64,000 bases of DNA. It comes from Haplodiscus bocki. Its lineage: Eukaryota. How positions within the stretch are numbered: position 1 is the first letter of the stretch; each line of letters starts with the position of its first letter. Shown in pieces: positions 13,613 to 25,839 of this stretch. The stretch is from assembly GCA_965655095.1 (NCBI GenBank), contig OZ296649.1:129394001-129458000 (forward strand), read 5' to 3'. A model generated the notes under the pieces. It was not told the DNA's origin. It ran no database searches and saw only the letters and a list, made by a program, of their open reading frames with translations. The position numbers were made by a program, and so were the translations under genes.

Positions 13613-14106
13613 AAGGACGTTGATCAAGTTTTTCGATTTCCAACGCTTCGATAACTTTCCTTTCTAGCCATTTGACAATTTCCGACGTCAAAAAACAGAC
13701 AGGTTTCTTCCACACAGGCAACGCTTTTCAAAAAATCTGTCTGCCTTTGCGACGAACCACGTAGAATTGACTCGTTTTAGTGGGCATTACAATGACATTT
13801 GCCTGAAAAAAGCAACAAGTGGTGAATGAACCCGACTTTAACAAACATTTCTCAATGTAACATTGATGGATTGGCTTTTGACGAAAGCAACCATGAGCCG
13901 CCACCGTTTGGTCTGAACTTTTGCTGCGGTTAAAATAAAAAACCCGATCGGTCGTTGCCTGTAAGTTTGATTCATTCAATTATTCCAATTCATGTTATTT
14001 TTTGTAGAACCTGTCTCACGCTTTGTGAGGCAGACAACAGATTTGCATCAGGCATATTAGCAATTTTGTCAGGCTGTTTGGGCCAAAATTTACTGCAACC
14101 AAAGCA

Positions 14107-14799
14107 ATGATTAAGTTCATAGGCACTCAGCCTCATTGTTTCATTTCTGTTGTGGTCCATGCAGGATCGGGAAAAACCAGACTGACTGGGCGTATGATTG
14201 TCAATCAAGAGAAAACATTTTCACCCAGCTTCGACAAAGTCATCAACTTTTATAAACACTGTCAGCAAAATTACGGCACCATATTGATGGACTGTCAAGC
14301 CAAACATGTTGATATTGAATTCATTCAAGGCTTAGAATGGAACTTTTGCAAAATGCTGAAGCCCAGAAGAAACGAATTCTGTTAGTGTTGGAAAATTTGT
14401 TCGACGAAGCTGTACGAAGCAAAAGTCTCTTCGCACTAGTGGTTGCTGGTCGACATCGCAACGTCCAATTGATGGTTTCGCCATACAAATTATTTCAAGA
14501 GACCAAAAATTTGGAAACAATCGATTTGAACGTCACACAGATAATTTTTTCAACAGCCCTAGGATTATGAACAGTCTGGTATTTTGGATCGTCAACTGGG
14601 AGAACGACAGGCCACAATGGAAGCCCATAAAAAAGCTACTCAGAAACCTTTCGGTCACTTGATGATTGGCCTCGGCGTGAGGAGTAGTTAACCCCTGAGG
14701 TATTCTTCAAATTGTTCCGGTGATGTGCCGTCCATTTTCTACTGTTCAACAGATCAACTATGCTTGCACCTAGACAATGGGTTTACAAAACTTTTATAA
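14107..14799 (+). pseudogene. Polinton genome-packaging ATPase (A32/FtsK-HerA type), frameshifted
   Basis: Walker A (AGSGKT), eroded Walker B (ILLVLENL), the family motif GRHRNVQL and C-terminal KPFGHLMI..LRY. At least two frameshifts. Confidence 0.9.
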
Positions 14800-15100
14800 A
14801 GTTGCTTTGTATATTGATTTGCCTGCTATACTGAGAAGTTGCTTCAACTTGAACTGCTCTGATGGAATCCTCAAACTTTTTTGTGATTGCATCTTCAACG
14901 TTGTAAAAGATGTTAAATTAGAAAAAAAAGCAAGCAAAAATCGCTGTACTTTCAAAAAAAGCACTATAGAGGCTCTCTGTTCCAGGAGGAAAGTTTCAAT
15001 CAAACGTAAACGTCATCTGCTGGCTTCTCCTTGAGGTTTACGTTTACTAAAAATAATTCCGCCTTCAGTGTTAAATCATTTGGAATCTTGCCCTGACATC
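14777..15100 (+). pseudogene. Conserved basic Maverick hypothetical protein following the ATPase
   Basis: KLFCDCIFNVVK...VSIKRKRHLLASP*GLRLLKIIPPSV. A homologous relic sits in the same position after the ATPase at ~36720-36960 (-). Confidence 0.55.
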
Positions 15101-15780
15101 GAACGGTAGCGTTAAAGAGTTCATCCTTATAAATAACGATGAGTACTGGTTTATGAAAAATCAAACGCAAAACGAAAGTAAACCTATGGATTATTGCGAA
15201 AAACAAAAACAGCATATTCTAGCTCAAGTACCTGCATCACTGGGGTATACATCTCTAGATTAACAGAGTGAAGCGGTCACGAGCCAGGCAAATGACATAG
15301 AGCAAACACTGATTGCTCAAATCAACTTGAACTCAAGGCTTCAAGATCAAAAAAAAGTCAAATACAGAGTCAACCATCGCACAAGAAAACAATGATCGCG
15401 CACATAACAATACACCAGACAAAGTTCTAGGCAGCCTACTTCAGTGTGGAATTGCCGGAGGTAAAATCGAACGGTCTCGGCAAATCTTGAAGTTAAACCA
15501 GAAAAACGAGCGGGTCAGCATTGATGAAAACAATCAAAACATTTTTGTCGATCAACAAGACACACCAATAAACAAAATTGATTTTCTAACCGCTCTCCAA
15601 GCGAACACCAAGCAATCCCTCAATTTGGTCGAGATACTTGCCCTACCACAATTTCTGTTGGCAAACACTTACGCCAGACAGACGATTTCCAGAATTCAGA
15701 ATCGGTCGGTGCACGGAGAACCGCCCAGAAAACGTATCGAACTTGACACTCATCCTCTCAACGACTGGCTTACAATCTGA
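15100..15780 (+). pseudogene. Maverick hypothetical protein upstream of the integrase, broken
   Basis: Protein-like frame DKVLGSLLQCGIAGGKIERSRQILKLNQKNERVSIDENNQ...LPQFLLANTYA. Assignment rests mainly on position in the element. Confidence 0.4.
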
Positions 15781-15796
15781 GTTTAGTTTTAGACAA

Positions 15797-16173
15797 ATGG
15801 CGCCAAAGATATGGTTTTGCGGATGCTGTCAAAAACGGCGGGGTAAAGGATCAAATACTTGCCCCCCTTTGTGGTGCCACGTGTGTGGCTGGGTTCATTT
15901 CAACTGCTCCGGTTTGAAATGCAAATCCGACTACCACGACAATTTTTTATGAAAAATTTGGAAAAGTAGAGTTTTGATAGAAAGTGATGATGCCTTTGCA
16001 GTTGCATATGCACGATTCACAATGCCTACACAAACCCTGATAACTAAACGGCTTCTGGCAGTCGCGAAAAAATGGTCAGAGGTACTAAATGCTCATCCAA
16101 GCATGTTGATCGCTACCAGAACTCGAGTGAAAATCACACAAGATTCAAACTTACCAGAAAACGTTTCCCATGA
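15797..16173 (+). pseudogene. PHD finger followed by the N-terminus of a Maverick integrase (catalytic core not visible)
   Basis: MAPKIWFCGCCQK...WCHVCGWVHFNCSGL...FL*KIW, where TGA and TGG sit at the last two Cys positions. After a 1-nt shift: NAYTNPDN*TASGSREK...VDRY...HTRFKLTRKRFP. Confidence 0.65.
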
Positions 16174-16813
16174 GTTGTCGTCGAACATGCATTACTTTGG
16201 CACTTAGGCCCAAACCACATTGAACAAAAGTGCTTTGGTGGAGTGACTACCAGCGAGGAAGGAACACTACCCTTACAAAAGTTGGATCCCTCTGGCTCGT
16301 CATTTAGACAGCAAATTCGGATCTAAACAGTTGTTCCAAAAAGGTTTCATCGAAACGCNNNNNNNNNNNNNNNNNNNNNNNNNNNNNNNNNNNNNNNNNN
16401 NNNNNNNNNNNNNNNNNNNNNNNNNNNNNNNNNNNNNNNNNNNNNNNNNNNNNNNNNNNNNNNNNNNNNNNNNNNNNNNNNNNNNNNNNNNNNNNNNNNN
16501 NNNNNNNNNNNNNNNNNNNNNNNNNNNNNNNNNNNNNNNNNNNNNNNNNNNNNNNNNNNNNNNNNNNNNNNNNNNNNNNNNNNNNNNNNNNNNNNNNNNN
16601 NNNNNNNNNNNNNNNNNNNNNNNNNNNNNNNNNNNNNNNNNNNNNNNNNNNNNNNNNNNNNNNNNNNNNNNNNNNNNNNNNNNNNNNNNNNNNNNNNNNN
16701 NNNNNNNNNNNNNNNNNNNNNNNNNNNNNNNNNNNNNNNNNNNNNNNNNNNNNNNNNNNNNNNNNNNNNNNNNNNNNNNNNNNNNNTCTGTGTTGCTCAA
16801 TCTCAACACATAG

Positions 16814-17330
16814 ATGGATGCTCATTACGATTCCCAAATAAAAAGCCATTATCATCCTACAGCTCACAAAAACGCAACATTTTGAGGTCGCGCCCGACAA
16901 ATGGGAGCAGGTGCGGTTGTTTTGGGTGCTTTTGCAATGCGAATGGGGAGAATGGCCATTCCAGTTGTGCACAAATACCTCCTTGCTGTCGCTTAACACA
17001 TTGAAAAAATTTCGCTGGAGGCCGCTAAACCTGAAATTGCCCAGGTTTTGGCAGGCAAAAAAAGACCCAACAGCAAAAAGCTGAAACATGTTGCAGAAAC
17101 CGCTGCAGAAAAAGGTCTCCGAAAAACCCCTCATTGATCTCGTGCGGAGCGCCGCAGCGGGCAGCACGGACCGGCGAGCGGGCCCGCAGATGTCGCCGAA
17201 CGGCACAAGTCGAAGGAGGCGCAACACAGTTCGTCCACCATCATCCGCGCCATCTTTGTCCAAATCATCGCCGACAATCATTTCCAAAAGAAAACCCACG
17301 AAGAGAAGTCGGCGAAATATTCTGTCTTGA
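16814..17330 (+). pseudogene. Maverick basic core-like protein (QxGxG motif) preceding the major capsid gene
   Basis: MDAHYDSQ...GRARQMGAGAVVLGAFAMRMGRMAIPVVHKYLL, followed by an Arg/Lys/Ser-rich tail. A homologous relic lies at ~35800-36200 (-). Confidence 0.5.
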
Positions 17331-17425
17331 ATTAAGTTTGTTCAAGTCAGAAACGAGAGAAAAAAAGCACAGAAAGCATTTTGGCTTGAGTAACAAATAC
17401 TTCAACAGCATTGTTTGCTAGCGTG

Positions 17426-18731
17426 ATGGATATTGCGAGCCCAGTCGCGCATAGTGCGTTGGATTTTTGAGAAAGCAAGGGTTTTGATTAACTACGAAGG
17501 TTCATGCGATCAAGAGGTGTTTCCTCATGTATGATGTAGAGGTCCCCAATTGGACTTTTTTAATCAAGGCAGAAGCAAAAAACTTGATCGACTTGAATCC
17601 TATTCTTTCGAGTGTAGAAGTTGGAATCTACACAGAGGATGGCAAAACTCCCGCCAAAGTCAATGAGCACCCCGTAGTTTTTTCAAACAACACGATTCAC
17701 ACTTTTTCTCGCGCTGAATTGTATTTGAACGGTAACCCAATCTCACACACCAACAACTGCACCTTACATTCGGCATTCATCGAAACGAAACTGATGATCG
17801 ACAGAGGAAAAAAAACCTGGGCCAAATGTCAGGGATCTATTTACCTGGCACAAACAAAAGAGCAGGATCAAGCGTTGAATAAACTTTACGCCGGCTTCGG
17901 TTGCAAAAAAGAATGCACGGCAGAGCTCTACGGTGCATTACATATTGACTTTTTGGAATGCGAAAAATTTTTCTGAGACCCGGAGTAACTCTTCATCTGC
18001 GTCTCTTCCGATCTCCTAACAATACACTGCTTTTATTGAAGGGAACAGATGATGAAGCGAAAGCTCTCGATGGCAAAGTACAATCAGTCATTGAGAAAGC
18101 TTCTCTTTTCGTCAGAAAAGTGCTGGTCACGGACAGTGTGAAATTGTCTCCTGAGTAAGCTTTATTGAAGAGTTGCGCCATTCATGCAAATATTGAAAGC
18201 CTAAACGAAAGCTTCATTTTTCAAGCCCGTCAAATCTGTTGCATCAAAGAGAATGTTTTTGGAACGGAGCCCATCCGCAGATTAACTTTGTGTATGGCCA
18301 AAAACTGCCTCTTTCGCAGTACACCCTTGAACCATTCAACCCTCTCATACCAAAAACTCGGTGTTCAGAGGATGGAAAATCAACGCGGTAATGGTGTGCC
18401 ACTAGCTGGGAGGCCTCTGGACACGAGTAACAAAATAAGGCTTTACTATAATACAATAACATCTCTTGGGTTCACCAAAAGTGGGAACGGAATAAGATTG
18501 GAAGATGTTGAAGACAATCATTTTATCTTACTTTTTGATGTGACCTCCACTGAAGAGGCCTGTAAAAACTTGACATTGTTTCCCGAGCTCACCGGTTCAA
18601 GTTTAACCCTAAAAGTGTATTTTTCTAAAGCCCTTGGCGACGCAACTGAATTATTTCTCATTGCCGAACGGTTCAGTCAAGTGTTCATCGATTCTGCGAG
18701 AAATATTTCCACACACACTTTCTCTGATTGA
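17426..18731 (+). pseudogene. Polinton major capsid protein (double jelly-roll), frameshifted
   Basis: MDIASPVAHSALDF..., GPQLDF, LHLRLFRS, IEKASLFVRKV, ENVFGTEPIRRL, YYNTITSLG, HFILLFDVT, LTLKVYFSKAL. About 430 codons, immediately upstream of the protease. Confidence 0.85.
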
Positions 18732-19302
18732 TGGATAACATCACACCCACAAAGATCGCAACGAATTGTGCAACCACCTACCACATCTTTGAAGGGGTCT
18801 GGTCAGCCATTAATTTTTCTGAACGCAAAATACGCAATCAAAAAACTTTTGTCAGAAGAAAAAAAACAGACTTGTGACAACTATGCCGATTGATGAAGTT
18901 TCAAATTATAAACTCCTCGCCGTCAAATAAAAGTGGTGAGCATTGGCTTTTACTGTGTGAAGTCGACCTTGGAAGAAGAATTGGAATTTTTGTTTGGGAT
19001 TGTCTCGGCCGGTCATTGTCCTACTACGGCCAATTTCATTACCGACTGTTGAAGCACTGGCGGCAGTTGAAGTAATCAACCTACCATTACAAAAGCTTCG
19101 TTCTAACCTCTGTGGTGTTTATTGTTTGTATCTACTACATTTGGCCAAAAAACCCGTCAACATGTACAAGCTAAATCAAAATCATTTGTTAAAGCAAACC
19201 ACTGAAATTGATGTAGTACGTTTCTTCAGTGAAAATGTCAAAAAATTGGCGTTTGAATATAAACCTTGCTATTACTTGCAAAGTCTTAGTGTTATTCTGT
19301 GA
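18731..19302 (+). pseudogene. Adenain-like capsid maturation cysteine protease, frameshifted
   Basis: IINSSPSNKSGEHWLLL (catalytic His), FVWDCLG (Asp), LQKLRSNLCGVYCLY (Gln and catalytic Cys). Confidence 0.9.
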
Positions 19303-19989
19303 AGACTGTTCTGAGCACGACAAGCAAGTAAGCGAGTTTTAGGGAGAATTTTCAATGTCACTATCTTCACTAATAAAAGGTCGTTTCCCGTTTTTTTATT
19401 TCTCTGACTTTTGCTGCTCGTTCCGTCTCCGAAACGTTTTTCTTCATTGGCTTCCCAGTCAATGAACGGAAATGAAAGGCTGGGACTGGCAACATCTGAA
19501 ACATCATCGCCCAAACATGACAATTGATCTCAGTCAATAATATCGCATTACTGATCATCTGATTGGAATGACTGGTTGTAACCAGGATCAGGGTAGGCTA
19601 AAACACGTTTGACAATCCACAAATCCGGAGCTTTCTAAGATTGAAAAATTATGCGAGCAGCAAAAAAACTAGTACGGCGGAAATCTTCGAAGAGGGAATT
19701 GTTACTGAACCAGGAACTTACTAGATGAAGGCAACGATTCGAGGGCTCGCTGCAGAAAACCACGAGGCTCCGTTGTTGAATCGCTTCCGCTAGACGAACC
19801 AAAAGCCAAACTTGTAGATGCTAGTGAAGAGGAGGAAGATGATGTCGAGCACGATCCACGGTCAACCGGGAACGAATCGTTGGTAGTCGAAAAATCTAGA
19901 AACAAAAGAGTGAAGATTTCCAAAACCTGTTGAAGTAGAAAAGCTAAATGTGAGATAATTTTTGTAGAGCAAAAAAAAACAGACCTGAA

Positions 19990-22900
19990 CTTTGATCTGT
20001 ACTTTCGTCAACAGGTGTCGAAATTTTGTAATGCCCGTATGTCAGCGATGACACTCCGTTCTCAAGCAGGAACCGTTGAACCTCGAATGAGCTTTATCAA
20101 TTTCAATGACCACAATTTGATTAAAGTGTGAGCGAAATTGTGTCATCGTTTTGATTACGTCCTTCTTTGAGAATATGCAGTTCCTAAAAAACTCGAGATT
20201 CAAAGTTTTTCGGGCTGACTCCTTTTCACGCCTTTAGCGTTCTGCTTCTTGCCACCGACATAAACAATACTGCAGAGTTTTGACCGTAGAACGACCTCAC
20301 GCAGAAGTTTACCTTGCAACTCGTCTGTCGTTATTGGTACTTTTTTATTTGTTGGATCCTGTAGAAAGTGTTCTTGCGGGTAATCTGAATAATCAAGCAG
20401 GTGTTTGAAGGAAGCCATATCATTGTAAAGATCGGGCGTTTCAATCAAATAGAGGAGCGATTCAGTGTCCTGATAGGCTCCTTTCAATTGACTGGACGAG
20501 TAACCAGGTACCTCATCCTCATAATGGAATTTGTAGAGTGACAGTTTTGACAAATCGAGAATAGAAGCACCCACGGGGGTTGGTTTAGTCCATACCGTAG
20601 ACGAATTTTTGAACGACACGCAGACCAAATCCTCTAAAAAATTCGAAAAATTTGAACGTTGCTCGCTGATTTGACAAAAACTTTACTTTGGATCGCTTTC
20701 TCAGATTTTCCATTGGTCCTCCAAAACAACCATTACTCATCAACATAAAAAAGTTTTCTCTCAAAAAAATCGTTCGTAGCCTGCTTCAGCATAACAGTAT
20801 TATTCTCAATGTAGACGCTCAACCATTTGCTTTGCTGAAATTCGCAAACCCGATGAAATTTTTCGACTACCAACCAGTGATTGACATACAAATTGAGATT
20901 TTCAAAAATACGCAGATAATTCTTTTCATCTAAAAGGGTTCCAATCAGCTTAGGAGTCTTGTTGGGTTTAATGCCAAAAGACTGTGCAGATGGTGAAAGC
21001 CATGAAGATCTTATAGTTCCCTTTTCAGGAGCAAGTGGAAGTCCATTGTGAAGGTTGTGCCGATGTTGAGGATACTTGAGGTCCACTTCGACAAAATACC
21101 CCAAATTCGAACTTCCTGAAGTTTCCAAAATTAGTTTGACAGTTATTTCTGAGTTCCATCTGTGGTTTACCCGAGGCATTTTTTGCACTGTGCCAGCATC
21201 GAGAAATGTTACATAAAAAAAGGGCAGAATGTAGTTTTCTGACTTGGATCGAAAGTGTTGAGATGGGGATTGTTCGCATTAAAATGCCACAACTGGCCAA
21301 ATCCATTGATGCCAGGCTCAAAAAACAAAAGCATATCACCATCTTCCAAAAGTCCCAACTTCACTCCCAAGTGGAGATGAGCAGAGACTCCCAACTCAAA
21401 TTTGGAGCAGAGTAAAAGTGAGCGGGATCGAGCTGGCAAACGCTCAAGAGGACACTTCGAAACTGCTCGAAAACATCAGCCAGAAGAAGCACATCAGTTT
21501 TTAGATAGACGTCGTGGTAATCTCCGAATTTTGTGCAACCGAATTTTTTGTAAATGTCAAGTGCATGTAAATAATCTTGTAAGGTAATATCAACTTTACC
21601 AGTGAGGCTGTCCTTCGAAGAGTCACCGAAAGCTGGTAAAGGCTCTTCAAAGTTTGCGAAGCTGTTGAGGAAACTGTAGGGAAAGAAACCTTTCTGCTGT
21701 AGTTTACAGAACAATTGGTCCGGAAAATTCGAGATAAATTCCTTGAGTAACAAGAAAACGCCCGTTCTGAGTGTTTTCGCAAGATTGTCCAAACTTTGGG
21801 ATACAAACTGGTAACTATCGAGGAAGTTCATGGATTGAGAGAGTTTTACAATTTTCCCACATTTCTTCGTGTATGAACCCACAGGCATATTGACACTGAA
21901 GGAAACAAAAGTTTCGTCGGTTTTGGCAATTGCCGAGAGTTCTTCAGATACTTTGAGCTTTAGTTGTTTCAGAATATGATGCGCATCGTATATTGACAAA
22001 TTATGGAAAACAGGTAAAAAATTTGTATTTCTGGCTCTCAAATTGCATTTTGAAAGAGCCCCCCCCAAAAAGTGTTCCAGAAAGATGACAACAGTGGATG
22101 ACTTTTGCTGCTCTTTCAATGTCTTTACCACATATACAACAAACAGTAGAAACATTTAGCATTAGCATTCGCTGTTGCTGGGACATTCTCAAGAGTCTAA
22201 AAGCCTGCTTGTCGTTACAGCACAATAAGACCCAATTACGCAACGTGTCCAACAACTTTGCGATAGTCTACTATGTAAAAACTCCGCTCAGCAATTCCAT
22301 TGGCTGAAACAAGAACAGGAAATGAACAACAAGAAAGTGCTTTCTCCTGTAGTTGGCAGAAACGTTTGAACGAAAGATGTATTAATCTAGTATTTTGATA
22401 AAACAACTAACTTCTAGAATCAATGAGGACTGCTCCGAAACTAGCTGCATACTGTCGTTCAATTTCTCTTGTCCGGTTTCTCACTATCGGAATCTGTGTC
22501 GATGCAACATTGATTGCTTGAGATCAGCAAATACAACAAAATGACATTTCTGCTTTTTTCCCCAACTAACAAACTCGACCGACAGATGGCGACTCGATTG
22601 CCATTAGAATCTCGAGTGGAGCGTTGCTCTCGCAAAAAAGTGCATGTTTTTCAAAATTCGGTTTAACTATCACTTGAAAACAGTTTCGGCAGAATCGTGA
22701 TTTTGGCTCTTTGTTTTGCTTCAATTTCGAGCGACAGAGAAAATGAATCAAATTTGAGATGTTTTTTTATCAACCAATATTAACTGTTTTTGTTCTCCAG
22801 TAAGCGCAGCAGGTCAATTTTGTGTCGTCCTTTTCGGTTCTTACTGTGAAACACTGACACCAGCTTGGAGTTCTCCAATTGATATTGATTGAGCAATGAT

Positions 22901-23815
22901 TTCGCTTTTCAAACGTAGGAAAGGCGGACAGAGGCATTGGCATTGACTTCGGGTTGAAAGATAATCGTTCGATATTTTTTTGGTGAATCTTCGGACTATG
23001 AGGTCGCCCAATGAAGGAAAAAATTGTTGCTGCAAAACAATAAAGGAAGCAAGAAATATCTCGATTGTTGACTACAATCAAAATGGAACGTTTAAAGGGT
23101 TTGAGAATTGACGGTGTCTCTATATAAGAGCCCCCAGTGACATTGCCACAAGCAGCAGTTTTTATTTCCAGCTGTTTGAATGTTTTCACGACCCAACCTG
23201 AACCACCAGTGGCAAAGACATTTAATTGTGTCATCAATGCGTCAATGTGTTGCATATATTCGTCTTCAGTGAGCTCACAGGCAATTCTACACATTGGCCA
23301 ATTGAAGAAAGCTTCAACGGCTTCACTTTCCATAGGCTTTGCCAGCCTGACAGCGATGCTCATCCCAAGTTTCAAATTCGACGTTTCTCTCAACGCGTTC
23401 ACAAAAGAAACAATTTTTCCGCACGAAAATAAGGTGATTGAACGGCTCCAAAACACCACTGTCATCCAACTTTAGCCGATGAATTCTACATTTAGAATTC
23501 ACTGCTGCTGTTGTGAAATCTAGCAAAGCGGAAAACTCATTGGAAGACGATATATCGTTGTCATACTTGCTCCTGATGATCAGTGAATGCTTTCAACTCT
23601 CCAAGGTACGTGGGACAAGAGAAACAACGATAACTACTGCCTGACTCGTGTTGGTTCCTGAGCTGGCGCAATAAGTTGCAACATTTCGTGAAAGAAACCT
23701 AGCAGTGACCACACTTGAAGATTTTCACAGAAACATTCTCTTGACAATTGTGTTTCATTCGCTTGTGATCACTCAAAGCACGTTTGGAGCTCAATAATTT
23801 GTCACATTCATTCAT
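19990..23815 (-). pseudogene. Protein-primed family B DNA polymerase with N-terminal C2H2 fingers, OTU-like and endonuclease VII-like segments; many frameshifts
   Basis: GSGWVV, GGSYIETP..NNRDISCFLY, CCICG..VIHCCHLSG..CNL, FHNLSIYDAHHI, FLDSYQF, KGFFPYSF, YLKTDVLLLADVFEQFR, DPAHFYSAPNLSW, GYFVEVDLKYP, PLAPEK, VGASILDLSK, YQDTESL (motif C eroded), terminal LTYGHY. Confidence 0.92.
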
Positions 23816-24248
23816 AGAAACATTTTAGGGAAGTCTCGGAGAAAAAACTTGAAAAAGTCGTGGTCCCACTTAGAAAAGTAACATTTTTGCAAAAAAAAAC
23901 AAGAAACGCACAAAAAAATTATATTTTTATTATCACTGGACCACGACTTTTTACACTTCTGGTTCACGTTTTTCCAATAACGTTGATTTTTTAACAGTAC
24001 AATAAAGTTAATTTGCGTAACAGCAGATTTCTAGGAAGTTGGCGGTTGAAACTTTTGATAAATTAACTTTATAAAATTCTTCGTTTTCGGCGCAATTAAG
24101 AAAACGGTTTTTCAGAATTAAACTGCCAAAATGACAGCTAATAATCAGTTTTTGTTGATTTTGTTCAGTTTTGGTTCCCTACACTGAAACCAACATGGAA
24201 AGTTTAAACGGTAGAATTTTGACAGCTGGATTGCCAACTGTCAAAATA

Positions 24249-24358
24249 GTCAACTAAATTCAGTTGAGGTTGATTTTGTACTTTGATTTTTTGACTTGGA
24301 AAATTTTCGGCTTGGGAGTCAAAAATTGCATTTAACCCCCCCCCCCTTCCTTACTACT
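24249..24358 (-). repeat. Polinton right terminal inverted repeat
   Basis: Ends in TTCCTTACTACT and is the inverse of 11690-11801. Confidence 0.93.
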
Positions 24359-25008
24359 CATATTGTAACTGGAACCGCTGCTTATTGGGCATAATAGTTG
24401 CGTGAATCTCAATTATCTAACAATACAAAACGTGAAACAGTACAGAAAAAGCCGAGAATGGCTTAAGTCGGCGCCGCCAGCAAGGCCCAAAATATCCATG
24501 GGGACCTTCGTTTTCAAGAAATATCGATTTTCCGACGGAAAATCAGCTATATTCAAGTTCTTTCGAATAAAAATTTTGCCGCACATTCCTGAAATTTCTG
24601 GTAAATGAACTTTTTGGTACAATATTTACCGCCTGAGAAAATCTTTCGTTCAAAATTCCAGGCAGCTGTCTTTCCGATTTTTTTATGGTATATGTATCAC
24701 GAAAAAAATGCGATCGAAGTCCCAGAATTTTCTGAATACTAAAAGAATGTTTATGCGTTCCTGGTCTGGGTCCAGACAATTTGCAGTTTCAACCGTCGAA
24801 AAAAAAATGTAAAAAGCATTGTCACAAGCCGCGTTTCCATGTTTTCAGACTCTGTATAATTGTTGATAAGTGAAGTTTCAGCTAGTTCCTGGTAAGATGA
24901 TTGTGAATGATCGATACATAATGCATTAATTTCAACTTTAAATTCGGAGTGTCATAATCAAGTCATGTCTAAACATTCCGTTGGTTTGTCGTTGTGTTGT
25001 GCACCAAC

Positions 25009-25255
25009 CTTCGAAGCAGTGTATCCACTTCTTACGTTCACTGCGCTGTCCACCGACGTCTATCATTTTGAAGCTAAGAGTTTTGAATAAGAACCTAGTC
25101 TCGACTATTCCAGTGGTCTTCACCCTCGTTCTCAGCACATCTTGCACGGTGGGAATATAGTCTGGAGTCGAAATTCTATCTAATGCATTCAGATAATAGG
25201 ACGCCGAGTCGTTCAGTTGATACTCTCGCGCTCTCAAGAAACAACTCTGCAAATC
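25009..25255 (-). CDS. GNAI: G-alpha-i, exon 4
   Basis: TTCAG acceptor and GTTGGT donor. [22 protein letters not shown]...[14 protein letters not shown]...[19 protein letters not shown] (switch I/II, G2 and G3). Confidence 0.96.
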
Positions 25256-25537
25256 CTGAAACATAAGCAAACAGTAGACAACATGGTGGTCCTCGAAAAC
25301 ATGGGTGTTCGCCATCACACACATTTCAAAAGTTCAGAAGTGTCGAGAATCCTCAGAAAGTAAATCAACTCAGGTATTCATTTTTCAAGCCAGAATATAC
25401 AGAACCTTAATGCTTGTCATCAGGTAGATCACTTTACACGACTTGAAGCATACAACTGCGTTCACCATTACAGAATTGCCTTTTTCATAAGTTTTTAATA
25501 ATGCTGTGTAAAAAAGACTCAACAGAATGAGACTAAC

Positions 25538-25656
25538 GGGGTCTTCCCAGAGCCTTGTCATGATTGAGCACATTTCTTGATTGATTTCTGGATTGGCAGC
25601 CATGATGAAAAACTCTTTGGCATCTTCTTCAGTCTGTGCATTCGTAAATTTGATCC
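25538..25656 (-). CDS. GNAI: G-alpha-i, exon 3
   Basis: TTAG acceptor and GTTAGT donor. (G)IKFTNAQTEEDAKEFFIMAANPEINQEMCSIMTRLWEDP (helical domain); phases are consistent with both neighbours. Confidence 0.9.
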
Positions 25657-25721
25657 CTAATAAACAACAAAATGATGTCTTCCTATTCCTCGTTGGAGGC
25701 ACAAACATTTTGCTCACTCAC

Positions 25722-25839
25722 CTAGATGGCTCATAGCCCTGATAATAGCGACCAAACTTTGCACTGTGTTGCTATGCACAACTGGGCGATATTTGAGACA
25801 GTCGTCTTCGTTATAGCCACATTCATGGATGATACGCAT
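25722..25839 (-). CDS. GNAI: G-alpha-i, exon 2 (not in the ORF track)
   Basis: TTTTAG acceptor and GTGAGT donor. [39 protein letters not shown]. Confidence 0.93.

Larger units (their letters stand above)
11690..24358. mobile_element. Polinton/Maverick (endogenous polintovirus), both ends present but genes decayed, inside G-alpha-i intron 4
   Basis: Inverted termini AGTAGTAAGG...CCTTACTACT. Internal ATPase, integrase N-terminus, MCP and protease on +, pPolB on -. The 6-bp flanks AACATT / CATATT match at 4 of 6 positions (possible eroded TSD). Confidence 0.93.
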
